DNA of 64,000 nucleotides from assembly GCA_963833575.1 (NCBI GenBank), contig CAWHXY010000007.1:631273-695272 (forward strand), read 5' to 3'. The DNA comes from Candidatus Bathyarchaeota archaeon. GTDB taxonomy: Archaea; Thermoproteota; Bathyarchaeia; Bathyarchaeales; Bathycorpusculaceae. Both the position numbers and the translations under genes were made by a program. Numbering within the stretch: position 1 is the stretch's first letter; every line of letters begins with the position of its first letter. Positions 44,069 to 53,280 of the stretch are shown in pieces. Below the pieces are notes generated by a model that was given only the letters and a program-made list of their open reading frames with translations, had not been told where the DNA came from and searched no databases.

Positions 44069-44851
44069 TTAGTCGTCACCGTTTGGTTTTTCAAAGTTCT
44101 TCTTTATCAGCCTAACAACGTACCAAGCCACAATTATAGAAAGAACAGCAAAAGCAAACACTACACCTTCAAGAAGATTGACATTATTCGGTAATATGAA
44201 AGGAACAAGAAAATCCACAAACCCCATGGGCAAAGCAATCAAAAACAAGCGTTTCTTACTGTAAACTACCGACATAACACAAAGGTACCCCCAAGCAAAA
44301 TGAAATAAGATGGAAGAAATTCGTTCAACAGTACCTACTGCAACCGACCCTAATGCTTGGGAAGCAAAAGCAAAAAGACCTGGCTGATTCATCATTAACT
44401 GGTTATAGACTGTTTGTGCAACTGGCGTGTTTGTCGACAGAACGGCATAAATTCCGATGATGCTGACGAGAGAAAGCGTGCCTAAATATATGGCGTTTTC
44501 ATAAAAGGCTAATCCTGAACCGAAAGCTTCAGCGTCTTTTCGCCCCAGCTTTCCATGTGAAATCGCGTACCAAGCAACCAAATATGCTAAGCCCACCTCG
44601 AAGGCCACCGTTTGAAGCCCATAATAGATGCCTAGCGCTACGCTATGTGCTCCAAAACAGGCAATTACTATGTTTATAGTTGGAAGTTGTACCGCGTATT
44701 TTAGTGCGATTGCAACGAAATATGCTATAGCAGAATAGGCCCAAACGCTCGCGTGAAAGCGCCGTTTAAGATACCAGAAAACCATGAGCGCTGAACAGAC
44801 GATGATAACTATTATCGGTTGAAGAGCATACAAAAGGTCGATATTTTGCAT
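44069..44851 (-). CDS. YhfC/PrsW-like glutamic-type intramembrane protease
   Basis: Polytopic membrane protein; FE, G.G.A..EN and ER.SS..FH...G motifs. Confidence 0.65.
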   Translation of the reverse strand: MQNIDLLYALQPIIVIIVCSALMVFWYLKRRFHASVWAYSAIAYFVAIALKYAVQLPTINIVIACFGAHSVALGIYYGLQTVAFEVGLAYLVAWYAISHGKLGRKDAEAFGSGLAFYENAIYLGTLSLVSIIGIYAVLSTNTPVAQTVYNQLMMNQPGLFAFASQALGSVAVGTVERISSILFHFAWGYLCVMSVVYSKKRLFLIALPMGFVDFLVPFILPNNVNLLEGVVFAFAVLSIIVAWYVVRLIKKNFEKPNGDD

Positions 44852-45024
44852 AGAAACCGCTTTACTGGTTCAGGTTTAAATAAGTTTGGCGACAAACAAT
44901 TTGAAAAACCGCTAAATTGGTTATTTGCAACAAACTACTGCAAATTTCTAAAAGTTCATGATCTAAATCTCTTTACCACTAACAAAATTAAGAGCTAAAC
45001 ACTTAAAGCTACAAGCTTAAACGA

Positions 45025-45714
45025 TTGAAGCGGCAAAGCATGAAAATTAAAACAAAATTATTAGCGCTTGGAGTTGCCATAGTAATCATTTCGTTAGCAA
45101 TAACACCAACCATCTTGCAAACACTTGGATACGAAAACAGTCTGCCTAACCGAATTCATGTTGCATGTGTTGGCGACAGCATAACCGCGGGAACAGAATA
45201 TACTATTGACCTTTGGACTTTGCTTGGCAGAAATTACGTTGTAGGAAACTTTGGTGATCCAGGAGCCGGAGTTTCGTCTCTTTCGGATAAACCGTATATG
45301 AATCAATCTGCATTTCAACTCGCTTTGCAATTTGAACCTAAAATTGTAATTATAATGCTTGGAACCAATGATGCTCATACAACTCTTAATGAAACTAACA
45401 CAGATTTTGTTAATAGTTACGTCAAGCTTGTAAATGAATTTCAAGGGTTGGCAAGCAAACCTAAAATTTGGATTGTGACCCCACCCCCGATTTTTGAAAA
45501 TGACGCAAACCTAAGCAGTCAGTTTATTCCTCAAAATGTGATTCCAAACATTGAACAAGTAGCAAAAACAACTAATGCTCAACTAATTGATGTTTATTCT
45601 TCTTTAACTGACCATTCTAACTATTTCGCTGATGGAGTTCATCCTGACGCAGAAGGCTCACACGCAATTGCAACAACAATTTATAACGCCTTAATATCAC
45701 AAAATAAGCCTTAA
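45025..45714 (+). CDS. Secreted SGNH/GDSL esterase (paralogue of 29534-30298)
   Basis: VACVGDSIT, GNFG, KPYMNQ, LGTND, DGVHP. Confidence 0.9.
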   Translation: MKRQSMKIKTKLLALGVAIVIISLAITPTILQTLGYENSLPNRIHVACVGDSITAGTEYTIDLWTLLGRNYVVGNFGDPGAGVSSLSDKPYMNQSAFQLALQFEPKIVIIMLGTNDAHTTLNETNTDFVNSYVKLVNEFQGLASKPKIWIVTPPPIFENDANLSSQFIPQNVIPNIEQVAKTTNAQLIDVYSSLTDHSNYFADGVHPDAEGSHAIATTIYNALISQNKP

Positions 45715-46032
45715 CTAGACGACATAATATTTGGACTGGGCGCGTGCACCATTACTTGTGTAAAACATTATCTTAGACATTGAGCAAGTCATAAATTGAA
45801 CTGGCATGCTTGCAATTGACTTTTGCAATTCCATGTTTAGCCACACAAAGCAGTTTCCTGACAGCTTTTGCCGGAAAGCGACGGAACACAAACAATCGCG
45901 TACTTTATTTTCGCTCTGATAATTTCATACAAGGATTCGTTAGATCGAGCTAGATGGCGGAAAAGCCCGAAATAAACACGGTTAGCGCATCTCGCCAAAT
46001 GTTATATTAGCTCAAGAAACAACTGTTAGTTC

Positions 46033-47025
46033 ATGAAAACTGAAAATGCAATCGATCATTCCTTAAGGATTCTGAGCGAAAAGAGTGACAAATCAATTGA
46101 GTTATTTAAGCAAATGAATTTACAGGAAGCAAAAGGCAATGAAAGATTAACCAAGGTCATTGAACAATACCTTTCAAGATGGAGAGACACTACAAGACCT
46201 GGAATGTTGGCTTTGGCCTTTGAAGCAGTAGGCGGTGAACAGGATAAAGCATTGCCCCTTCAATTTGCCTTATTACATATCGATGCTACAATGGATATTC
46301 ATGACGACATTATCGATGAATCTGTCGCCAAGAAGAACAGGAAAACGGTTTATGGTAAGCTAGGTAAGGAAGCAACATTACTCATTGGTGATGCGTTCAT
46401 GGTTAAAGGTTTCCACTATCTCCACAAGGCAATAGAAAACCTTCCTGCAGACCAGAGATCAATGATTATGAATGGAATACAAGATTTTCTCTCTGAAGTG
46501 GTCGAAGCACATTTATCTGAAGTTCCTTTAAAAACAAAAAGATTGAAAGTTAGACCAGAAACATATTTTCAGATCTTGCAAAAAAAAGCCGCCGACATCG
46601 AGGGGCGTATGAAAGTAGGCGCTATCTACGGTGGCGGCTCTGCGAAACAAATCGAGGCTTTGAGTAAATATGGAAGAAACATTGGCGTTCTTTTGGCGGT
46701 GAGATCAGATTTTGTAGACATTTTTGAGCCAAGCGAGCTTATGCACAGGATAAAATACGAAGTCTTGCCGCTTCCGATTCTCTACGCACTTAGAAGCCGA
46801 AAACATGGGAAACAGATCCAAGAAATCTTAAAAAGAGATTGTCTCAGTAGTGAGGACTGTGGCGAGATGGTGGATGTTGTTTATGAGACAAAAGAGTTTG
46901 AATTCTTAAGAATGCATTTGAAAGATTTAGAAAAGGAAGCGGAAAACACAGCAGAAATAATTTCCAATGAAAAAACTAAGGAACAGCTTCAGCGGTTGGC
47001 CGCTTCCATGCTGGAAGACTTATAG
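46033..47025 (+). CDS. Divergent polyprenyl synthetase-family protein (ComQ-like candidate)
   Basis: First Asp-rich motif HDDIID is intact, with A.L.GD. The second motif is degenerate (SDFVD), and GKRxR, RRG and GQxxD are replaced by DTTRP, KKN and AHLSE. Confidence 0.85.
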   Translation: MKTENAIDHSLRILSEKSDKSIELFKQMNLQEAKGNERLTKVIEQYLSRWRDTTRPGMLALAFEAVGGEQDKALPLQFALLHIDATMDIHDDIIDESVAKKNRKTVYGKLGKEATLLIGDAFMVKGFHYLHKAIENLPADQRSMIMNGIQDFLSEVVEAHLSEVPLKTKRLKVRPETYFQILQKKAADIEGRMKVGAIYGGGSAKQIEALSKYGRNIGVLLAVRSDFVDIFEPSELMHRIKYEVLPLPILYALRSRKHGKQIQEILKRDCLSSEDCGEMVDVVYETKEFEFLRMHLKDLEKEAENTAEIISNEKTKEQLQRLAASMLEDL

Positions 47026-47183
47026 ATACTTACCAAACCAGAACCTTTGGTTTTCTCCTAATTGCTCGGCGCTTCTCCATTTCTCCTCACCTGTATATTT
47101 GTTGTACATATCTACTCATATAAGCTTTGTCATTACACAAGATACGCTATCAAAAAACATAGCTAAAATTAATATTAACCATC
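46929..47183 (+). repeat. 255-bp direct repeat, copy 1
   Basis: Identical by eye to 47238-47492 (offset 309). Confidence 0.9.
47030..47080 (-). CDS. 16-aa basic peptide MEKRRAIRRKPKVLVW, copy 1
   Basis: GGTGAGGAG ribosome-binding site 2 nt before the ATG; AAAG-CTTATAT BRE/TATA-like element at about 47118-47128. Confidence 0.6.
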   Translation of the reverse strand: MEKRRAIRRKPKVLVW

Positions 47184-47237
47184 ATCAAAATCAAATTTGA
47201 CCACTGCAGACCTGATGGGGTAAAAAAATTTACCTAA

Positions 47238-47492
47238 AGAAAAGGAAGCGGAAAACACAGCAGAAATAATTTCCAATGAAAAAACTAAGGAACAGCTTCA
47301 GCGGTTGGCCGCTTCCATGCTGGAAGACTTATAGATACTTACCAAACCAGAACCTTTGGTTTTCTCCTAATTGCTCGGCGCTTCTCCATTTCTCCTCACC
47401 TGTATATTTGTTGTACATATCTACTCATATAAGCTTTGTCATTACACAAGATACGCTATCAAAAAACATAGCTAAAATTAATATTAACCATC
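47238..47492 (+). repeat. 255-bp direct repeat, copy 2
   Basis: Duplicates the prenyltransferase 3' end, the peptide gene and its promoter. Confidence 0.9.
47339..47389 (-). CDS. 16-aa basic peptide MEKRRAIRRKPKVLVW, copy 2
   Basis: Identical copy within the duplicated segment. Confidence 0.55.
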   Translation of the reverse strand: MEKRRAIRRKPKVLVW

Positions 47493-47519
47493 CACAAAAT
47501 TAGTATTCATCGGCCTGCA

Positions 47520-48887
47520 GTGCATAGTAGAGAGAAAATGCGTAAAACCACAATTAGAGAGTCATTTCCTTCACTATTTCTGCTAATCAATAGCATTGTC
47601 TGGTTTTCTCTCTCGTGGTTTGTTATTCAAAATTATATTAGCAACACTTCTTTTGACAACATCTTGCTTGTATCTTCTTCCTATTTCGGGGCTCTTCTAT
47701 TATCAGCCGTAGTTGGGGCTACCTTGCTGCGCAAGAAATTAGCAGGAAAAATCGCGTTGTTGTCCTGGGTTTCGTTTGGAGCAGTCACATGCCTGCTTTC
47801 GGCAGTCTTAGTTCATGGAGCAAGTTCGATAAGTCTGGTTTTTTTTTCAATTCTTCTCGGAGCATTGGCAGGATTAGGTATCCCAACTTGCCTCGCATTA
47901 TTTTCAGAAGTCATAAAGTCAAATAATCGGGGGCGCAGTGGAGCAGTAGCGTTCTTTCTAATTCAAGCTATGACGGTCCTGATCTACATTCCTACTAGCA
48001 GCGCAAATGTCGATAACCAGTTCCTAGTTCTCGCGGCATGGAGACTAGTAGGCGTTCTAAGCATATTTTTCTGGGTTCCTCGTAAGAAAATTTCTGAGGA
48101 GAGTGAAAACAAGCTCTTAACCGTCATCCGAGAAAGAACTGTTTTTCTCTTATTCATTCCATGGTTTCTACTCACCATCGTAAACTTCGTGGAACAACCT
48201 CTAGTCCAGAATTACTTTGGAACAAACCTATACAACACCTACCAGATGGCTGAAATTCTAATCACCAGCGCTTCAGCTTTTGTCGGAGGAGTAATTTGCG
48301 ACTTCAAAGGAAGAAAAGTTTCAGGTATTATAGGCTTTATCTTGTTAGGCGTAGGCTACGCCTTTCTAAGCCTTTTATCTTCTGGATCACAGTTACCTGC
48401 AACACCGTCTATTGGAACACAGGTCTTCCAAATTTTATGGGTGTTGTTTGACGGAGTTGCTTGGGGATTTCTATATGTTACCTTCATCTTCGTAGTCTGG
48501 GGAGATATTTCCGAAGGGAGAGCCCGTGAAAAGTATTACCTCTTAGGCGGTATACCCTTTCTATTGTCAAATTTAATCTCAGTTTTGGTTGAGCCCTTTG
48601 CAGAACATGCTCAAATAGGTGCTTCGTTCTCTATCGCCAGCTTCTTCCTGTTCGTAGCAATTTTGCCCCTGCTCTATGCTCCTGAAACTTTATCCGAAAA
48701 AACCCTCAAGGACCGTGACCTCAAGAGCTATCTGAACAAGGCACAGAAACTCGCGCAAAAGGAAAACGAAAAAAACAAAAAGCAAGAAGGGCAAGAAACT
48801 GAAGAGGAAAACAAAGAAGCAGACGAAAAAGATCAGGAAAGCCCCGAAGATGAAGAAGCTCGGAAGTTAGCGGAAAAATACTATTAA
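47520..48887 (+). CDS. MFS-like 12-TM membrane protein with charged C-terminal tail
   Basis: About 12 hydrophobic helices, G.ICDFKGRK (MFS motif A-like), RGR, APETL. Confidence 0.8.
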   Translation: MHSREKMRKTTIRESFPSLFLLINSIVWFSLSWFVIQNYISNTSFDNILLVSSSYFGALLLSAVVGATLLRKKLAGKIALLSWVSFGAVTCLLSAVLVHGASSISLVFFSILLGALAGLGIPTCLALFSEVIKSNNRGRSGAVAFFLIQAMTVLIYIPTSSANVDNQFLVLAAWRLVGVLSIFFWVPRKKISEESENKLLTVIRERTVFLLFIPWFLLTIVNFVEQPLVQNYFGTNLYNTYQMAEILITSASAFVGGVICDFKGRKVSGIIGFILLGVGYAFLSLLSSGSQLPATPSIGTQVFQILWVLFDGVAWGFLYVTFIFVVWGDISEGRAREKYYLLGGIPFLLSNLISVLVEPFAEHAQIGASFSIASFFLFVAILPLLYAPETLSEKTLKDRDLKSYLNKAQKLAQKENEKNKKQEGQETEEENKEADEKDQESPEDEEARKLAEKYY

Positions 48888-48912
48888 GCCAGGCACTGTA
48901 CACACTTAAGTT

Positions 48913-50043
48913 ATGTTCTTCCATGTGATCCTCACTTCCGAGTGCAATTTGCAGTGCCGTTATTGTTTCGGAGAGTCTTTGGATGATTTTGATGAAGAGT
49001 TCGGTGACGACATAGAAGTGGACTATGCGCTTCCCCGCAAAATCAAGTATGACATTGAGTTGCTGGAGAGTTTTTGCAGAAAGGATCCTGATTGCGTCTT
49101 AACTTTTTACGGGGGCGAACCCTTGCTTTGCACCGACAAAATCAAGCAGATAATGGATACCGTGAAGCCTAAACATTTTATGATTCAAACAAATGGCTTG
49201 CTGCTGGACAAGTTGGAGCCAAAATATCTCAACTGTTTCCACACAATCTTAGTATCAATAGATGGCGAAGAAACCTTAACCGATTTTTACAGGGGAAAAG
49301 GCACGTACCGCAAAGTAATAGATAACCTCAAACAACTCAAACGGAACGGCTTTACTGGGGAATTGATTGCAAGAATGACCGTTATGGAGCAAACGGACAT
49401 ATACAAACAAGTCCGATTTCTTCTTGACAACGACGAATTTCCTTTTGCCTCCGTGCATTGGCAATTGAACGCCGGATTTTGGGGGAACGATTATGCAAGG
49501 CGGAATTTTGAAGAGTGGGCAAGAACAAGCTACGTTCCTGGCGTAAAACAACTGACAGGGTTCTGGGTTGACAAGATGGAGCAAGAAGATGTCATTTTGA
49601 AACTTTACCCCCTGCTGGGCATCGCCGATTCGCTTTTGCACCAAGAGAAAAATTGCCTTATGCGATGTGGTGGAGGCTGGATAAACTACGCCATCCAAAC
49701 TGACGGTAACATTATTCCTTGTCCAACAATGTGGGGAATGAAAGAGCACTATATAGGCAACATATGCGATTCTGATCCGCTTAAATTAAAGAAAATCTTT
49801 GTTGATCAGCCTCCATGTGTGAACTGTTCAATTCTCAATGTTTGTGGGGGGAGATGCTTGTACGCAAATATAACTAAGCGTTGGAATGATGAAGCTTACT
49901 GCAAAGTTTGTCACACTGTTGCTGAGCTTGTACAGGCGGTAGAGCTTGAAGTTCCAAAAATTCAGAAATTAATCAAGAACAATAAAATAAGCTTGAAAGA
50001 TTTCGATTTTATGAAATACAACGGCTGCGAAATAATCCCATAA
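48913..50043 (+). CDS. Radical SAM/SPASM protein (resembles the archaeal AF0577/TIGR04084 putative peptide-modifying family)
   Basis: CNLQCRYC, FYGGEP, QTNG, SIDG; SPASM CGGG...DG.I.PCP...C..C.....CGGRC...C. Confidence 0.88.
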   Translation: MFFHVILTSECNLQCRYCFGESLDDFDEEFGDDIEVDYALPRKIKYDIELLESFCRKDPDCVLTFYGGEPLLCTDKIKQIMDTVKPKHFMIQTNGLLLDKLEPKYLNCFHTILVSIDGEETLTDFYRGKGTYRKVIDNLKQLKRNGFTGELIARMTVMEQTDIYKQVRFLLDNDEFPFASVHWQLNAGFWGNDYARRNFEEWARTSYVPGVKQLTGFWVDKMEQEDVILKLYPLLGIADSLLHQEKNCLMRCGGGWINYAIQTDGNIIPCPTMWGMKEHYIGNICDSDPLKLKKIFVDQPPCVNCSILNVCGGRCLYANITKRWNDEAYCKVCHTVAELVQAVELEVPKIQKLIKNNKISLKDFDFMKYNGCEIIP

Positions 50044-50309
50044 TTTAGTTCATAAATAAATCCTGGAATAATCCATTTGATTATTTCCTCTTTTAGAACA
50101 AGTTTATTTCCTTCTAATTCAATGATATTCAAAGCCTATTGCGCTGAAGTCTGTTTAGTGTATTTGTTGCATGTTGCATAGCCGTAGCTGTAATCTGCAC
50201 CTTTTTTAACATAACCTTCTAAACACATCCGGGTCTTCAATTTTTGTATTTAATAAAACACGGTGCTACATCCAATTAAGTTGTTAACTATAAATAATCC
50301 CTCTTTACA

Positions 50310-51458
50310 GTGATAATGAGCAGTAGGGGGGAACTCAATAACTGGAGTGGCGCAAAAAGGTGGACAAGGAAATTGGATGATGTTTTTGATGTAGGAATTG
50401 TTGGGGCTGGTGTTGCAGGTTCTACATGTGCTCAGGTGCTAGGAGAGGCAGGAATTAGTGTAGCGCTCTTTGATAATTCGCATCCTAGGGAAAAACCGTG
50501 TGGTGGACTACTTGATAACAGAATTGTTGACGAGTTCAGCATTCCGAAACAGGTTCTAGAGAACGAGATAAAGTGGATCTTAGCTGAAAGATACGCATTC
50601 CAGAAAAGATTATTTATTGAGCCTTCGATGTTTATTGTTTCAAGAAAGGATTTTGACCACTACTTGCTCGAAAGAGCATTAAGGAACAACAGTGTGGTAT
50701 TTTACGAAGAAAAGGTAAACCACCTATCTGGGGGGCAAAACGACTGGACCCTTATAACAAACAAGGATAGGTCTGTAAAAGTCAAATTTCTTATAGGAGC
50801 AGACGGGTGCCCATCGCTTGTAAGACGATACGTCTCAAATCCTATTGATGCGAAACTCGTTGCGCCAACTGTGGGCTACATTTTTCAATGTTCAAGTAAA
50901 TACTTGCAGGAAAACTTCGAGCCGAATACTGGGGAGGTCTACTACTCACAAACATACGTTCGAAAAAGAGGTTTCATATGGATTTTCCCAAAGAAAAACA
51001 GCATAAATTTCGGCATAGGAGCGATGGAACCAGGAAGAGAACTCAGACTATCGTTGGATAAATTTCTCTTTTCCCACCCTGCTGGAAAGCGACTGAGGAC
51101 TCTCAAGGGGCATTTATATGCTGGCTTGGTTCCGCATATATGGCAAAAAGATTTCTTCGACAGACCCTGTACCGGTAATAACTGGGCATTGATAGGCGAC
51201 GCGGCAGGACATGTAGATTCAATAGGCGGTGCAGGAATCTATTATGCAATGAAAGGCGGAATGCTTTGTGCCCAGGCGTTTCTACAAGGAAACATCCACC
51301 TCTTTGAGAAATCATGGCGACAAGAGTATGGCGACGAACTTTACAATGCTGCCGGTAATGTACTAAAATACTACGGCAAAATGGGATCATTCCTTTGGTT
51401 TCAATATTACTTGCGAAACGTATATGATAGACTTCACAGGCGACAAATTATCAACTAA
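50310..51458 (+). CDS. Geranylgeranyl reductase-family FAD-dependent oxidoreductase
   Basis: IVGAGVAG, KPCGG, R..FD..L, IGADG, GFIWIFP, GDAAG.V....G.GI.YA. Confidence 0.88.
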   Translation: MIMSSRGELNNWSGAKRWTRKLDDVFDVGIVGAGVAGSTCAQVLGEAGISVALFDNSHPREKPCGGLLDNRIVDEFSIPKQVLENEIKWILAERYAFQKRLFIEPSMFIVSRKDFDHYLLERALRNNSVVFYEEKVNHLSGGQNDWTLITNKDRSVKVKFLIGADGCPSLVRRYVSNPIDAKLVAPTVGYIFQCSSKYLQENFEPNTGEVYYSQTYVRKRGFIWIFPKKNSINFGIGAMEPGRELRLSLDKFLFSHPAGKRLRTLKGHLYAGLVPHIWQKDFFDRPCTGNNWALIGDAAGHVDSIGGAGIYYAMKGGMLCAQAFLQGNIHLFEKSWRQEYGDELYNAAGNVLKYYGKMGSFLWFQYYLRNVYDRLHRRQIIN

Positions 51459-51542
51459 TCAATTCCACAAAAAAATCCCGAACATGTAAGTGGCAAGGCA
51501 AAATAGGAGCTAACAACTTGAGAATCGCTTGAAGGAATACTA

Positions 51543-52004
51543 ACGCCAAAAGTTTTGGTTATTTACGATACAAAGTATGGCAACACAAAAATTGCCGCCG
51601 AACAAATTGCTGAAGGTATAAAAGAAATCGAAAGAATGGAAACACTAACTACTTATGTAAAAGAAATTGACTATCAAAAACTAAAGGATTACGATACTTT
51701 AGTGATTGGCGCGCCAAACCACATGGGCAGACCGTCTCATGCTATGAAGAAATTTGTTAATGAGTTAGCTTATCATGATATAAACGCAACGCAAATTGTC
51801 GTTTTTGGAACTTATTCTGGAAGGGCAAGAGATGATAGATCAGTGAAAAAACTCGAGCAAATGTTAAGAAAGAAATTCTCTGCTTTAAACCTAATTTCAC
51901 CTGGACTGTCGATAAGAGTAAATGGGGTGACAGGACCCTTAGCGGACGGAGAACTTTCTAAATGCAAGGAATTCGGGAAGAAAATCGCTGACATAATTAT
52001 GTGA
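51543..52004 (+). CDS. Flavodoxin domain protein
   Basis: IYDTKYGNT, IGAP.H, FGT. The in-frame (ACG)PKVLVIY start mirrors MPKVLVAY of the 22044 gene. Confidence 0.85.
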   Translation, partial: TPKVLVIYDTKYGNTKIAAEQIAEGIKEIERMETLTTYVKEIDYQKLKDYDTLVIGAPNHMGRPSHAMKKFVNELAYHDINATQIVVFGTYSGRARDDRSVKKLEQMLRKKFSALNLISPGLSIRVNGVTGPLADGELSKCKEFGKKIADIIM

Positions 52005-52038
52005 GGAGAATTTACGAAGTTTTGCAGAGGAACTTTTG

Positions 52039-52299
52039 TTATAGTTTTTTGTAAACTACATCTTTAACTTTTATTGGTTGCTCCACTTTTAGTCCGATGC
52101 TTTGTCCACATTCAGCTCGTTGGATATCTTTACGGTCTATTTGCATTGATTCTACGATCTGTTCAAGATCAGTTGATGGACCTTTGATAAGTATATGTTC
52201 TCCAATTGTGAGAGGCGATGTTAAGTTTACAACTGCAACGTTGATTTTGGCGAAAAAATGTGCAATATACCCTATTTCGATTATGTCTTCTTTAATCAA
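52039..52299 (-). CDS. Small translation-factor-like beta-barrel (U32 peptidase C-terminal-like) protein
   Basis: IG...HFF.KI.VAVV, L..G..I.IKG..TD..Q.V.SMQI, G..IGLKV. Confidence 0.8.
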   Translation of the reverse strand: MIKEDIIEIGYIAHFFAKINVAVVNLTSPLTIGEHILIKGPSTDLEQIVESMQIDRKDIQRAECGQSIGLKVEQPIKVKDVVYKKL

Positions 52300-52502
52300 G
52301 ACGTTTTACCCTTGCTTAGTTTGTTGTATTGAAACTTAATAAAAAGTTTTGCCTTTATACGTTGTTGATGTCCATAATTTTAGGTTGAAACATTCTAGCT
52401 AACTCTTTTTATTGTAAATTAAGAAACAGAGTTTCACTTGAGAAAAGTATCACTTTTGTTTTCCTCTCCAGCAATGGAAAATATAGAAATCGCTTATACT
52501 CT

Positions 52503-52664
52503 CTACCAGCCTGAAGTTGAGTCGTCACCAGTTTGTTTCAACGTTTTCTTTTCTTCCTCACTAACGTCTGGAGGGACAGTAACTTGATGACCGCTTTCTT
52601 CAATTACTTCATTTTTCTTCCTTTTTTGCTGAATTGTAAATTCGCCTTTCTTTTTCTTTTCCAA
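52503..52664 (-). CDS. 53-aa charged peptide MEKKKKGEF...TGDDSTSGW
   Basis: TTG start 6 nt after GAGGTGA; below the ORF-track cutoff. Confidence 0.6.
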   Translation of the reverse strand: MEKKKKGEFTIQQKRKKNEVIEESGHQVTVPPDVSEEEKKTLKQTGDDSTSGW

Positions 52665-52830
52665 ACTCTATCACCTCATTAACACTGCAAGAAAAGTTTT
52701 TTACTTATTTTTCCCCATGAAGAATAGTGGAAATTCGACGTATTAAGATGCGTGACTGTACAGTAACAATAACAAACAAGAATCTTCATACAGTAATCTA
52801 GGTAAATGAAGAATGTGAAAATTTGCCCGA

Positions 52831-53280
52831 CTAAAAAGTAGTTGACAACTCTTTGACTCGGGTTTCAATGAATTCTGCTACTTTTTGCTCACTGAACTGT
52901 CTTTCGTCTTCCTGCAATTGTAATTGCTCCTTAACTGTTGCAAGAAGCTTTTCAACATTTACAGGCTTAATTAGGTATGCGTCTGCATTCTTGTTTAAAG
53001 CTGTAATCGCGTTCTGCATTGATGGGTAACCAGTCACCATTATTTTTCGTGTTCTTGGAAAGGGGTCTTTGATTAGTTTCAATAGTTCTACACCTTCCAT
53101 ATCAGGTAGTCGAATATCCAACAACGCTAGATTGTAGGCGGTTTTCTGTGTCTTTTCAATAGCTTCGCTTCCAGTAGCAGCTAAATCCACAATGTATCCT
53201 TCATCCTCAAGTATTGTTTTCATTGTGTTCCTTATGTTTTCGTCATCGTCGATAACGAGAATTTTGGCGTTTCTATCCAA
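52831..53280 (-). CDS. Stand-alone response regulator (REC domain)
   Basis: ILVIDDD, LLDIRLPD, TG, KP. Confidence 0.93.
   Translation of the reverse strand: MDRNAKILVIDDDENIRNTMKTILEDEGYIVDLAATGSEAIEKTQKTAYNLALLDIRLPDMEGVELLKLIKDPFPRTRKIMVTGYPSMQNAITALNKNADAYLIKPVNVEKLLATVKEQLQLQEDERQFSEQKVAEFIETRVKELSTTF

Noticed and set aside
47020-47109. Alternative 29-aa minus-strand ORF MYNKYTGEEKWRSAEQLGENQRFWFGKYL
   Set aside because: Its ATG is only about 9 nt from the TATA-like element, upstream of the expected transcription start, and has no RBS. The 16-aa frame fits the signals better, though this one is not fully excluded.
46967-47503. Two 75-77 aa plus-strand ORFs (MKKLRNSF...)
   Set aside because: They overlap the prenyltransferase out of frame, lack an RBS, and recur only because of the DNA duplication.
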